Shown here piece after piece: positions 63,771-64,000 of a stretch of 64,000 nt of DNA. The notes under the pieces are model-generated. The model worked only from the letters and a program-made list of their open reading frames with translations, was not told the DNA's origin and ran no database searches. The position numbers were made by a program, and so were the translations under genes. Source of the stretch: Phoronis australis (Eukaryota; Animalia; Phoronida); the NCBI GenBank assembly GCA_002633005.1, contig NMRA01000291.1, forward strand, positions 62,001 through 126,000. The letters are read 5' to 3'. Position 1 is the first letter of the stretch. Each line of letters opens with the position of its first letter.

Positions 63771-64000
63771 GTAATTATCATCTTTACAGTCATATTATTT
63801 TTATTAAAAACCCATTTTAAAATTATTGGGACAAACGAAATGAAGTAAACATATGTCATTTATAAATTTGTCGGTTACTATTATCACTGGTGTATTGATG
63901 GGAGTTATTTTGAGCTTGAGAAATTTGTGTAAACGTGAGTGTCTATGAAAACGACATTTTGGTTTCTGCTGGTCTTTGATTCCTTCAGGTATAAAGACTG

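Overview
AT-rich, intron-rich animal genomic DNA, probably from a marine invertebrate (inferred from gene and repeat types, not identified). Three spliced protein-coding genes can be rebuilt from GT-AG boundaries with matching phases. (1) A Limpet/LIM-9/FHL2-like LIM-domain gene on + (core exons 22213-36450, probable short-isoform first exon 9238-9312). (2) TOLLIP on - (TBD-C2-CUE exons 50979-41252, with an anomalous 5' end up to 52292). (3) The 5' part of an F-box/WD40 gene on + (54068 to beyond the window end), divergent from TOLLIP. Introns hold many non-autonomous DNA transposons, five of them with THAP-domain remnants. The most striking structure is a five-layer nested transposon stack in one TOLLIP intron (45049-49302), with TIRs and target-site duplications readable at each layer. 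A composite THAP element also occurs twice with the same internal 9-bp-TSD insertion. A 1.9-kb near-identical tandem duplication joined at an N is probably an allelic assembly artefact. No rRNA, intact tRNA or CRISPR array was found. Family assignments come from reading motifs by eye; no database search was run.
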